IMG/VR virus record: IMGVR_UViG_3300011335_000668
Span: 1 to 27,774 of that record
Reading direction: 5' to 3' (one strand)
Source of the DNA: a virus
Lineage: Duplodnaviria > Caudoviricetes
DNA length: 27,774 nt
Shown piece after piece: positions 1 to 8,411 of the stretch (the stretch's first letter is position 1; each line of letters starts with the position of its first letter). Below the pieces are notes generated by a model. That model saw only the letters and a program-made list of their open reading frames with translations. It did no database searches and was not told where the DNA came from. A program made the position numbers and the translations under genes.

Positions 1-146
1 TTCCCGTTCGGTAAGATTGGCGCTTGAATTGGCTTTGCAGGGGGCGGAACTTCCCGAGCGGGAACCGCATTCGGCACAGGCTTCTTCACGTTAGCGACGG
101 CGGCGATCTCTTTAAACCGCGCCGTAAAGCGAGATAGGAAGGTCAT
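1..146 (-). CDS. 5' part of a gene after the holin, probable endolysin (runs off the window)
   Basis: ATG at 144-146 overlaps the holin stop (ATGA). The frame MTFLSRFTARFKEIAAVANVKKP... stays open to the window edge. The product is inferred from position only. Confidence 0.45.
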   Translation of the reverse strand, partial: MTFLSRFTARFKEIAAVANVKKPVPNAVPAREVPPPAKPIQAPILPNG

Positions 147-337
147 GGCTTATCCTTTCGGCCAAGCAGGCGTTGCACCGTGTCTGTCTCGACGATCCTT
201 ATAATCGTCCAAATGATCGTCAGCACCGACGCGACAGCGGGCAACAAGCTAGCTAGCGAGCCAAGCAGGGTCGCAAGCGACAACAGGTCAAAACCAAACT
301 TCGCCCCCTCCGGCAGATGATCGAATAAGTCTTTCAT
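143..337 (-). CDS. holin-like small membrane protein (64 aa)
   Basis: MKDLFDHLPEGAKFGFDLLSLATLLGSLASLLPAVASVLTIIWTIIRIVETDTVQRLL: hydrophobic core and basic C-terminus. GGAGG lies upstream and the ATG at 335-337 overlaps the upstream stop, so this start is preferred over 472. Confidence 0.75.
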   Translation of the reverse strand: MKDLFDHLPEGAKFGFDLLSLATLLGSLASLLPAVASVLTIIWTIIRIVETDTVQRLLGRKDKP

Positions 338-921
338 GCCGCCTCCAGCGAAATAAGCGTGAACACCCCCGCGCCCTTGACCCCGTGCATTCGGCCCGAT
401 GAATGACCGAACGCGACAGCAAGGTTTGACAGGTTGGCGATGGCAAACCGCATATCGACGGGCTTGCCCCAAACATTCGTCCAGCCTTCAAGCGGTATCT
501 CGCGGATGTGTTCGCCGGTTTCGAGCGGGAAGGCGGGGGAATAAAAGCGGTAACTCGCCATCTTGCCCTTGGCGCTCCAGTTGTCGCCCTTGCGTTGCAG
601 CACGAGGCTTACAAGCGGCACAGACGCGGGGGCTTCGGCAGGGAAAGCCATGCTAATCTCTGCGCGGTAGTGCCAAACTAGCTTCGTCGCGGTCGCCGGT
701 ATGCGGGCGCTGTAATCAAGCACCGCGTGCAATTCGCCCTTGGGCTTTAAGCTGATCGACCAGCCCTTGCCCTTGCGGGAAAGCCACGGCCACCAATAGC
801 CTTTTGAGTGTTGCCTGCCCCTGATCCACGGGCCGACGACAAGCCCGCGATTGATGACAAAGTGCGATAGGAACATCCACGCGACGACCGCGGCGAGTGC
901 TACGGTGAGCGCGGTATTCAT
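334..921 (-). CDS. hypothetical protein with N-terminal transmembrane anchor (195 aa)
   Basis: N-terminal hydrophobic segment ALTVALAAVVAWMFLSHFVI. ATGA overlaps at both ends place it in the operon. Confidence 0.75.
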   Translation of the reverse strand: MNTALTVALAAVVAWMFLSHFVINRGLVVGPWIRGRQHSKGYWWPWLSRKGKGWSISLKPKGELHAVLDYSARIPATATKLVWHYRAEISMAFPAEAPASVPLVSLVLQRKGDNWSAKGKMASYRFYSPAFPLETGEHIREIPLEGWTNVWGKPVDMRFAIANLSNLAVAFGHSSGRMHGVKGAGVFTLISLEAA

Positions 922-1256
922 TGCTCAATCACCATTTGCAGGCCGTTCGCCGCGCAGACCGCATCAAAGTGCCCCACGTGGTCGGTTGCGAACGACGAAA
1001 CCAGCGCGTCAAGCATCGCTCGAAACGTCGCCTCGGCGATGCCCACTTGCGCCAGCTCGGGCGGGTAGTAACCCGTCTCGATCATCTCGCGGAAGCTCTC
1101 GGTTGTCCACGCGTGCAGGCCGTAGTGCGTTGCAGGCGCGGTGCCCGTGGCTGAGAGGGGAACGCTGTAGTTGTTCGGCCCCCAGCCCATAGCTTGCGCG
1201 ACTGCATCGCCCGTTGCGACTTGGGCGTTGGGAAGGATTAGGACGGTGGAAAGCAT
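918..1256 (-). CDS. hypothetical protein, tail-fibre-associated (112 aa)
   Basis: ATG at 1254-1256 is coupled (TGATG) to the stop of the upstream fibre gene. Typical small partner gene following this fibre family. Confidence 0.75.
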   Translation of the reverse strand: MLSTVLILPNAQVATGDAVAQAMGWGPNNYSVPLSATGTAPATHYGLHAWTTESFREMIETGYYPPELAQVGIAEATFRAMLDALVSSFATDHVGHFDAVCAANGLQMVIEQ

Positions 1257-2644
1257 CAATACGCTCCCGTCTTGGAGTTAACGAAAGCCTCCGCCTGCGT
1301 GATGGTCGCAGCCGGAAGGTTCGCGCCGAAGCGGACGACTAGGCTAAACAGTTGGCCGTTGAGGGGGAGAGCGGTTCCATTTCGCCGCCCGATATAGAGC
1401 GGGTATGCGCCGAAGTTGCCCACGCCTGCGTTGCCGGTAGACCACGTTCCAGCGTTTGCCAGCCCGTTGAACCTAGCTGCGGCTTTGTTTTGGCCGGATG
1501 CCGTAACATCCGCCAGATCGAGCAGGCTGGCGACTACGTTGGTTATTGGGGCGGTGTACGTGGTGTACGTCCAGCTGCCCAAGCCAGCGTTACCCCGCAG
1601 TGACGCTGAGTAGCCAGGCTGCGCCGCTCCGGACGGCGCGCCCAGCTCAAACGAACCTGCGCCCGACCCTACGTCACCGAACGCGGCCAATGCCCCTTGC
1701 CCGGCGTCGCTCAGCTTCCGAACCCCTGCGAACACCTGCGCCTTGTCGGTGCCCGGAGTGATCGTGGGGGTGAGCATGAAGTCGTCCGTGCCGTCGAACG
1801 AGAGGTAGTAGCAATCAGGCACCCCTGCTTGCGTTACGTCGAGCGCGGTGACGACGCGCTGGTAGTTCGTGGCGGTGGTGCCGACTTCGAGTTGAGCGCC
1901 CCAGATAAGGATGTTACCCGAGGACGATGTCACGGGGTTTGGCGCGTCCGCTGACGCATCAAGAACGTGGAGCCTGACGTTTTGCGTGGAACCGCTTGAC
2001 TGCGTAAAAGCCACCGACAGCCTATGCCACCCGTTGCCGACGCTAGTTTGCGCGGTGGAGGTAAGCGTTCCAGTTCCCGCGCCAGAAAAAACCAACACAC
2101 CAGTCGTCACATTCCACTGCGCGTAAAGGTTCGCTCCAGTGATCTGAACGTTTAGAAAAGAAGCCGTTCCGGCCTTGGCGTAAACTGAAAACACATGCGC
2201 AGAACCGTTCGGAACACCACTTTGATTGACGTAGTGCTGTGAGGAGGTTCCGTCAGCTTGCAGAGTGTCTGCGGTTGCGGTGCCGTCGGGGGCCGTCCCG
2301 TTCGTGACTGGGATCGAGGTGGCCGCCTTCGTCCAAGCCGCATCATCAAACTGCTCGGTGAACGTGAGCAAGTTCCGCCGCCCGCCGACAGGGACGCGCC
2401 CGAGGACAGGCCGCGATGCCGCAGTGGGTTGGGTCGCGTGGTTGCCTCGCCCTGATTTGTCATTGATGCGCCCCACGCTCTGCCCCACGGAGGTGACAGG
2501 TGTAACGCCCGCATCGTCCTGAAACATCGTGCTGAAGTCTGACGGGTCGTACCACGCACCCTGCTCGCCTGCGGAGAACAGCGCGGCGGGCGAGAATCCC
2601 CCCACAGCCCGCGCGCCGAGGCTCAATCCTAGTCCAAGGTTCAC
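1256..2644 (-). CDS. tail fibre/spike-like structural protein with lectin-like beta domains (462 aa)
   Basis: GAWYDPSDFSTMFQD...DKSGRGNHATQ, RRNLLTFTEQFDDAAW...IWGAQLE and YYLSFDGTDD motifs, typical of phage fibre/ConA-like modules. Thr/Gly/Ala rich. Confidence 0.7.
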   Translation of the reverse strand: MNLGLGLSLGARAVGGFSPAALFSAGEQGAWYDPSDFSTMFQDDAGVTPVTSVGQSVGRINDKSGRGNHATQPTAASRPVLGRVPVGGRRNLLTFTEQFDDAAWTKAATSIPVTNGTAPDGTATADTLQADGTSSQHYVNQSGVPNGSAHVFSVYAKAGTASFLNVQITGANLYAQWNVTTGVLVFSGAGTGTLTSTAQTSVGNGWHRLSVAFTQSSGSTQNVRLHVLDASADAPNPVTSSSGNILIWGAQLEVGTTATNYQRVVTALDVTQAGVPDCYYLSFDGTDDFMLTPTITPGTDKAQVFAGVRKLSDAGQGALAAFGDVGSGAGSFELGAPSGAAQPGYSASLRGNAGLGSWTYTTYTAPITNVVASLLDLADVTASGQNKAAARFNGLANAGTWSTGNAGVGNFGAYPLYIGRRNGTALPLNGQLFSLVVRFGANLPAATITQAEAFVNSKTGAY

Positions 2645-2754
2645 GACTTCACCTCCACGCGCACAGCGTCACCCTCGCGCCACACCACCCAAAGGCCGGG
2701 GGCGCAGATGCGCTGCACACGCCCCGCCGAAACGTCTCGAATTGCTCTTTCCAT
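2641..2754 (-). CDS. small hypothetical protein (37 aa), not in the ORF track
   Basis: AAGGAG then ATG at 2752-2754; MERAIRDVSAGRVQRICAPGLWVVWREGDAVRVEVKS. Its stop overlaps the next GTG start (GTGA). Confidence 0.65.
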   Translation of the reverse strand: MERAIRDVSAGRVQRICAPGLWVVWREGDAVRVEVKS

Positions 2755-2766
2755 ATTCGGCGCTCC

Positions 2767-3177
2767 TTACGGGGTTAGTTGGGCGGTGAGGGTGACGTTT
2801 GCCGAGTCCACGACAACGCTGTCGCTGGTGCGCCTGATCTCGACGAGGAATGTGGAACTGCTTGAGCCGATGACGGATTGCTCAAGCTCCCAAGAGCGCG
2901 AGGCTGTCAGGGTCAGCCAGCTATTCACGGTGCCGCTAGTCAGGGTCGCGCCCGTCACGTTAGATACCCGCGCTTGGAACTGATCCATACCCACTTGCGG
3001 GGCGATCCATGTCAGGCTGCGAAGCTGCGCCTCAAGAATGGAGCCGCTAGGGTCGAGCGTGTAGTAAGCGGTAACGGGCGAGATCGTATCGACAATGGAA
3101 ACGGTGAGGTCACCGATTGCGACCGTGCCGGTTGAAGCGCCGCCGCCGATGGCAATCGCGGCAAGAACGCCCGTCAC
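2767..3177 (-). CDS. tail-fibre accessory/tip protein (136 aa)
   Basis: GTG at 3175-3177 overlaps the fibre stop (GTGA). MTGVLAAIAIGGG N-terminus and beta-rich sequence. Confidence 0.7.
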   Translation of the reverse strand: MTGVLAAIAIGGGASTGTVAIGDLTVSIVDTISPVTAYYTLDPSGSILEAQLRSLTWIAPQVGMDQFQARVSNVTGATLTSGTVNSWLTLTASRSWELEQSVIGSSSSTFLVEIRRTSDSVVVDSANVTLTAQLTP

Positions 3178-4514
3178 GTAATATCCCCCGAGGCCACCCA
3201 CTCGGTCGCGCCGACCTTAACCAGCGTTGCGAAGCCTCGCGCGGCAAGCGAGCGAGTGCCGGTGTTCGCCGTGCCCGCCTGACGTAGCGTGTCAGTGGTG
3301 ATTGTGATGTTCTGCGCCGAACCGCTGTTGTTGTAGAGGACGGTAGTGGTGCCGACAGGAAACGCGGGGGTGGTGCCGACAGGAAACGCGGTGGTGCCGT
3401 TGGCGGGAATTGCCCACCCGCCCGTTGTGTTCGTGACCATGCGGCCCGCGTCGTCCAGAACAAGCGTATACCCGCCCGTCTGCGCGTTGGCAGGAAGCCC
3501 ACGGAAGCCCAGCGTATCAGCCGCCACAGTGCCGCTCGCAGCAAGCGTCGTGCCGCGCGCCAGAGATGTGATGTCGGTGTTTGCGCCCGATGCCGCCGCA
3601 GCAACATCCCCGCGCATTTCAGCAGCCGTGCGCGCCGAAACACTGTTGTCCGCATTGACCCGCAGGAAACGCACTGCCGAGGGATTAGTGAGCGTGAAAA
3701 GCCCATCGCCAACCGTGGTGGAGCCAAGCGCCGTTCGTGCGCCTGCCGCAGTCGTAGCGCCAGTGCCGCCGCGTGCCACAGTCAACGTGCCGGTCGTGCC
3801 GCTCACGATGTCCACAACGCCAACAGAACCGGACGGGCCAGACAGCGCCACAGTCCAATCCGTGAACGTGCCGCTACCGTTGGTCGCCTGCGCATTGACC
3901 GTCAGCGCGCCCGTTCCAGACGTAAAGGCGGTGATCTGCCCGAACATCCAGTTGTTAGGCGCGCTGGTGCGTGAGATTAGCACGAACTGCCCAAGCGCGA
4001 ACGCCTTGCCCGTCTCGATAGTCAACGACTTGGAGCCGGTGCCAATCAGGAGCGAAGTCGTGCTAGTCGCGCTTGTGCCAGGCGATAGCACCGCCGTTGC
4101 GGCACTAGCAGCCGCAGCCGATGCCGATGATCCCGCGTTGGTCGCAGAGGTTGCGGCAGTGACTGCGGAAGCGGCGGCATTGACCGCAGACACGCCAGCT
4201 TGATCGGCAAAGGCTTCCGCATTGAAACCGTCAGGAATATACGGGTCGGTGTCACCGTTCGGGATTAGCGAGCCATCTGCCGCACGCACACGCACGCGAA
4301 TAGCCACACCATCGTTGTAATAGACCGGCGGGAATGAGCCGATCGAGTTAGCAACAACAGGGTTGGGCAATTCAGTCGTGAGGGCGTCGGTTGTGTATAC
4401 GCTAACCCGCGTCGTAGTGCCTGCTGTGAAAACGTCCAAGAGCGCACCGGCTTCAAACCCGCCTTGCAGGTTGATGACGGGCCTAAATGGATTGGCGATC
4501 AATTGTGCGGCCAT
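3174..4514 (-). CDS. tail fibre protein (446 aa as assembled)
   Basis: N-terminal virion-attachment segment (GALLDVFTAGTTT...PNPVVANSIG), Ala/Ser/Thr coil, RGGTGATTAAGARTALG and AASGANTDITSL fibre motifs, C-terminal YTLVLDDAGR...TLVKVGATEW domain. Confidence 0.85.
   Translation of the reverse strand: MAAQLIANPFRPVINLQGGFEAGALLDVFTAGTTTRVSVYTTDALTTELPNPVVANSIGSFPPVYYNDGVAIRVRVRAADGSLIPNGDTDPYIPDGFNAEAFADQAGVSAVNAAASAVTAATSATNAGSSASAAAASAATAVLSPGTSATSTTSLLIGTGSKSLTIETGKAFALGQFVLISRTSAPNNWMFGQITAFTSGTGALTVNAQATNGSGTFTDWTVALSGPSGSVGVVDIVSGTTGTLTVARGGTGATTAAGARTALGSTTVGDGLFTLTNPSAVRFLRVNADNSVSARTAAEMRGDVAAAASGANTDITSLARGTTLAASGTVAADTLGFRGLPANAQTGGYTLVLDDAGRMVTNTTGGWAIPANGTTAFPVGTTPAFPVGTTTVLYNNSGSAQNITITTDTLRQAGTANTGTRSLAARGFATLVKVGATEWVASGDIT
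3346..3393. repeat. 24-bp tandem duplication (in frame, 1 mismatch)
   Basis: 3346-3369 gtggtgccgacaggaaacgcgggg vs 3370-3393 gtggtgccgacaggaaacgcggtg; gives AFPVGTT twice. Confidence 0.9.
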
Positions 4515-4525
4515 GTGTCACTCAC

Positions 4526-4553
4526 AAAAAAAGAGCGACCGCAAGGCCGCTCT
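4526..4553 (-). terminator. intrinsic terminator between ejection and tail fibre genes
   Basis: Minus strand AGAGCGGCC-TTGC-GGTCGCTCT followed by a T-tract. One G-U pair works only on the minus strand. Confidence 0.85.
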
Positions 4554-4569
4554 GGTGTAGGGTGGTCGG

Positions 4570-4692
4570 ATGATTTGGGTGTTTAGGATACCGGCTTGGC
4601 TGGTCGTTCTGTGCTGGCCGGAGATAGTCGGCGGGCTATTGCTGGCCTCGCCCCGCCTCGTCTGTGCGCTCTGGTTCGGCTGCGACGCGTGA
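4570..4692 (+). CDS. putative small antisense membrane protein (40 aa)
   Basis: MIWVFRIPAWLVVLCWPEIVGGLLLASPRLVCALWFGCDA: very hydrophobic. TAGGGT lies 6 nt before the ATG. Overlaps the 3' end of the large ejection gene. Confidence 0.4.
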   Translation: MIWVFRIPAWLVVLCWPEIVGGLLLASPRLVCALWFGCDA

Positions 4693-7545
4693 AGCGTTGT
4701 CGTTAGCCGTGCCGACAAGCATCCGCTCGAAAGCCTGAATATCAGCCATCATGACTGGTGAACGTGTGGCGGTCGAGCGCAGGCTGGCGAACCTGCGGTT
4801 GATCGCGGCGGGGTTGGATGTCTGCGGAAGCGTCTTTAGCCACCCCGTGAAGTCGGGATTTAGCAGCAGGCGCAAAGCCCGCTCGCGGCCCAGTTTTTCG
4901 ACGAACTCCCCGCCCACAACCGACGCGCTGCCGAATAGGGCACCAGTCATAGGTTCGGCAGATGAACCAAAGCCAATCATGCCGAGGATCATGCGACGAA
5001 GGCCGGTCTTGGCACCTTGCACAATGCCGCCCGTGTTGCTGCGGTTCGTGGCAGAGCCTGCGTCAACCTTGGCCTGCGAAAGAATGCGCAGGTCGTTAAT
5101 CGCCTGTTGCCCCTCCTTGCCAAACAGCGACCGCACCGCAGCGGGAGACAGCGCGCCGCCCTTGCCGCCACTGGTCTGCGTGAGGAACGCAGCAAGTGAG
5201 AAGTTGCCATTGTTCTGACGCCCGATCTGCGATGCGACAAGCGCACGCACTTCTTCCTTGGTGGCGTCGTCCGCCTCAGTCAGAAGGCGATTAAGGCGGG
5301 CGGGGTCTTTCTTGGCCCAGCCCATGATGCGGTCTGCGGCTTGGCCGGGGGACAGGTTGCCATCCTTGCCAAGCAACAGGTCGCCCACCTTCTTGCCGAA
5401 GTCTGCCTGCTGACGCCACAGGCCGTCCGCCTTCTGGTAGCGCGCAAGCGCCCCGGGGAACGGCTGTAAAGCCGCTTCAACGTCCTTGCCAGCCTCGTCC
5501 AGAACCATGCCGACACGACGCTCAAAGTCGCCCGAGTAGACCCCCGCGTTTTCGAGTTTCTGGCGAAGGCCCGTCCGTTGTGCGCGCAAGGCATCAATCG
5601 AAAGCCCGCCACCCTGTCCCAAGTCAGCCTTCAGGCCCTCAAGATAGGAAAGCTCCTTGGAATTGAGGTTGCGGCCCTGCGCCCCAAGTTCGGCGATTTG
5701 CTGATCTAGCATCGCTACTGCATTGGTCGGCGGCGCAGAAATGTTGCCCGCTTCTGCACTAGCGGCCCGATACTCAATCTGCGCATCCGCCCGCAGCTTA
5801 TCCCGCGCTGCCTTCACGCCCGTCTGAACGGACGAAGCCGCTTCCGTGCGCTGCGTGCCGGGACGCCCGCCGAGGTCGCGGACAAGCGCAGTCTCAATCT
5901 GCCCGATGTCCTCAGCATCCGCAGCGGCAATAGCCGAGCGGCCCTGTTCGGTCTGCTGCACGTTGGCGCGCTGCTGGCGCACATTCGGGTCAACGTCTGG
6001 ACGGCGAACGGTCACATTGCGCCGCGTGCCAGCGTCCATAACTTCCTGCACCTGTGAACCGTCAACAGGCGTTTTGTTTGAACGCAATGCGCTCTGGATT
6101 TTGTTGCCGCCAGCTTGGAATGCAACCCCAACGCCAGCCCCAAGGGGCGCACCGAGGCCCGCACCGAGCAGCGAGTTCTGCGCGCCTTCGCCAGCGTTGA
6201 AGCCGGTGATACCGCCCTCAATCGCACCGACACGCGCGGCTGCGCCAAGCGAATTGACACCGCCCGCCGAACCCACAACGCCGGTCGGCAAGCCGCCGAC
6301 AACGCGGCCAGCTACACCTGTCCAGGGGTTCGCCGCGTCACCGCGCTCAACCATGCGGCGGGTTACGTCGCGGCCCGTGCGATAGCCGTCAATCGGGTTG
6401 TTGCCCTGCAAGGTCTCGGCGACAGCATTCACCACACCAGTGATCTCGTCGAAGCCCTCAAAGGCCGCACCCTGCCGCGAAGTGTTGGCAAGGGTCGCGC
6501 CTTGATTTTCGGGATTGAAGCCCGCGCGCTGAATAATCGTGTCAAGGCCGTCGATGTAAGACTGACGCGCGGCATCCACGTTAATGCCAGTGGTCGGCGC
6601 GAACTTCCCGCTTTTGAGGTCGTTCGCCATGCGCTGAATTTCGGGTGAGGTGGGGTCTTTCTGCCCCAAGCCCGCAGCCTCATAGAACCCCGCGACCATT
6701 TCTGGCGTTACGTTGGGATTGCCGAGGTTTGCGTTGAACATCCCGACAAGACGGGACTCCTGCCCCGGGTCAATCCCGAACCGCTCTTGCAAGTAGCGCG
6801 TGCGGTCAAACGGATCGTCGCCGCCACCGTCAAGGGCCAGCTTTCCGCCGTAAGGCATTTCGTCGCGTGCGGTGGGCTGCTTGGGCTGCGTTGCGGCCTT
6901 GTCCTGCGCCGCCCAATACTCGTCGATGGTCTGGCGGTAGGGGTCGAGGATATCCTGCCCCACGACGCGGGTCGGGTCAAAGCCGTAAGAGGCCGCCAGA
7001 CCTTCAAACTGCTTGCGCTCTTGCCCGTAGGAAGCGCCATAGTTTTCGGCCAGCGTCCGCATCTCGCGGCGGATTTTTGCGCGAACGTCAGGGCTGAGAG
7101 CGCCGCCGCCATCAAGCCCAAGCTCCTTTTGCAGCCGAGCGATATTGCGGCCAATCGTGCTGTCAGTTCCGGCGACAGACGCGGCTTCGCCTTCACGAAC
7201 CACAGACGCAGGATCGAGCATCTTTGCATAGGCCACGATAAGCGACTGGTCGCCGCTGGCATCGCTACCGGCTTGCAGGGAGTTGGCATAGGTGCGCGCT
7301 GCAACCTGATATTCCTTGACCGCAGGCAGCGAGTAGAACTCTTTGCGGAGCGACTGCTCATTGCCCACAAGGTCTTGCTGCACATCATAGGGGCGCACAG
7401 GTGTGGGCTGCGGCGCTTCTTTCGGCGCTTCAGGCGCACCATAGATGCGGTTGGGCATTTGCTGAGGTGCGGGCTGCTGCGTGGGGCGAGCGGGTTGCCC
7501 CTGGGCCTGTCCACCGATGGCGGGTGCCGATTGCCAAGCCTGCAT
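4636..7545 (-). CDS. large DNA ejection/internal virion protein (P22 gp16/gp20-like position, 969 aa)
   Basis: Long Ala/Gly/Gln-rich helical protein with an AKMLDPASVVREGE motif and Gly-rich hydrophobic stretches. Third of three ejection-type genes. Confidence 0.75.
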   Translation of the reverse strand: MQAWQSAPAIGGQAQGQPARPTQQPAPQQMPNRIYGAPEAPKEAPQPTPVRPYDVQQDLVGNEQSLRKEFYSLPAVKEYQVAARTYANSLQAGSDASGDQSLIVAYAKMLDPASVVREGEAASVAGTDSTIGRNIARLQKELGLDGGGALSPDVRAKIRREMRTLAENYGASYGQERKQFEGLAASYGFDPTRVVGQDILDPYRQTIDEYWAAQDKAATQPKQPTARDEMPYGGKLALDGGGDDPFDRTRYLQERFGIDPGQESRLVGMFNANLGNPNVTPEMVAGFYEAAGLGQKDPTSPEIQRMANDLKSGKFAPTTGINVDAARQSYIDGLDTIIQRAGFNPENQGATLANTSRQGAAFEGFDEITGVVNAVAETLQGNNPIDGYRTGRDVTRRMVERGDAANPWTGVAGRVVGGLPTGVVGSAGGVNSLGAAARVGAIEGGITGFNAGEGAQNSLLGAGLGAPLGAGVGVAFQAGGNKIQSALRSNKTPVDGSQVQEVMDAGTRRNVTVRRPDVDPNVRQQRANVQQTEQGRSAIAAADAEDIGQIETALVRDLGGRPGTQRTEAASSVQTGVKAARDKLRADAQIEYRAASAEAGNISAPPTNAVAMLDQQIAELGAQGRNLNSKELSYLEGLKADLGQGGGLSIDALRAQRTGLRQKLENAGVYSGDFERRVGMVLDEAGKDVEAALQPFPGALARYQKADGLWRQQADFGKKVGDLLLGKDGNLSPGQAADRIMGWAKKDPARLNRLLTEADDATKEEVRALVASQIGRQNNGNFSLAAFLTQTSGGKGGALSPAAVRSLFGKEGQQAINDLRILSQAKVDAGSATNRSNTGGIVQGAKTGLRRMILGMIGFGSSAEPMTGALFGSASVVGGEFVEKLGRERALRLLLNPDFTGWLKTLPQTSNPAAINRRFASLRSTATRSPVMMADIQAFERMLVGTANDNASRVAAEPERTDEAGRGQQ

Positions 7546-8411
7546 TATGGTTTCCTCCGTGCAATGCCATCGGGGCCAACAAACGCGGCTCCAGAGGGCA
7601 GCAATGCAAATTCCTGATCGCCGCTAATCGGGATGGCCAGCCCCTTACTGACGGCAAACTTGATAGCACCCTCAAGCCCAATTGACTGAACATCTGCTTG
7701 GAACATATCGGTCGGCACAACAGGCACGGGCGGCTCTTGGCCTTGCTGTTGTCCGGCCTGCTGCTGCGGCTGCCCACGCGTTAAGGGGTTGACGTTTTCA
7801 AGATACCCGCCCTGCGGAATGACGCGATAATCCGGCTCAAATTGCTTGATGTATTTCTCGGTCATCTCCGCGCGGGCTAGTGCCGCGTTGAGGACATCAG
7901 GGGTGTAGGTTTCCATATAGGCGGGAATATCGATCCCGCTGCGCTCGGCCTGCTGCACAGACGCCGCCCATGCCTGCGCACGCTGCGCCTCAGGCAAGCG
8001 TCCAATAGCCATGCCGCTTTGTGCCATGAAGCTCGTCGCGCCCTTGACCTGTTCGCGCGAGCGGTCGTCAAGCCGCTTCCAAAGGTCATTGTCGAGCGTG
8101 AAAAGCTGGCCTAGCGCGTCGTTATTGCCGTTCATCGCCTCTTGGCCGAGTTGCGCAATTTGCATCTTGGTCTGCTTCTCGCGCTCGGTCATCGTGAAGT
8201 CGTAAGCAAGCTTCGGCTGATACGGCGCGACCCCTGCGGCGGTTTCTGCGTTCGGGTTCAACGCAAACGCCGAAAGCGCATTGCGCCCGTCCCGTTGCTC
8301 TTTCATCTGCCGCCCCTGCTGGAACGCCTGCATAAAGTTTGCGCCCGCGTTCTGGCCGATAGCCAGAGCGTTCATGAAGCCCTGTTGCGGCCCCGGACCC
8401 CAGCCACTCAT
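7545..8411 (-). CDS. DNA ejection protein (288 aa)
   Basis: ATG at 8409-8411 is coupled to the upstream TAA (TAATG). Gln/Ala rich, with C-terminal ALLPSGAAFVGPDGIARRKP. Lies between two other ejection genes. Confidence 0.7.
   Translation of the reverse strand: MSGWGPGPQQGFMNALAIGQNAGANFMQAFQQGRQMKEQRDGRNALSAFALNPNAETAAGVAPYQPKLAYDFTMTEREKQTKMQIAQLGQEAMNGNNDALGQLFTLDNDLWKRLDDRSREQVKGATSFMAQSGMAIGRLPEAQRAQAWAASVQQAERSGIDIPAYMETYTPDVLNAALARAEMTEKYIKQFEPDYRVIPQGGYLENVNPLTRGQPQQQAGQQQGQEPPVPVVPTDMFQADVQSIGLEGAIKFAVSKGLAIPISGDQEFALLPSGAAFVGPDGIARRKP

Noticed and set aside
4518-4718. 66-aa minus-strand ORF across the ejection-fibre gap
   Set aside because: It overlaps the large gene out of frame, runs through a terminator, and has no RBS.
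4636-7545. Virion RNA polymerase or lytic transglycosylase domain in the large ejection protein
   Set aside because: No recognisable catalytic motifs by eye; a profile search would be needed to exclude them.
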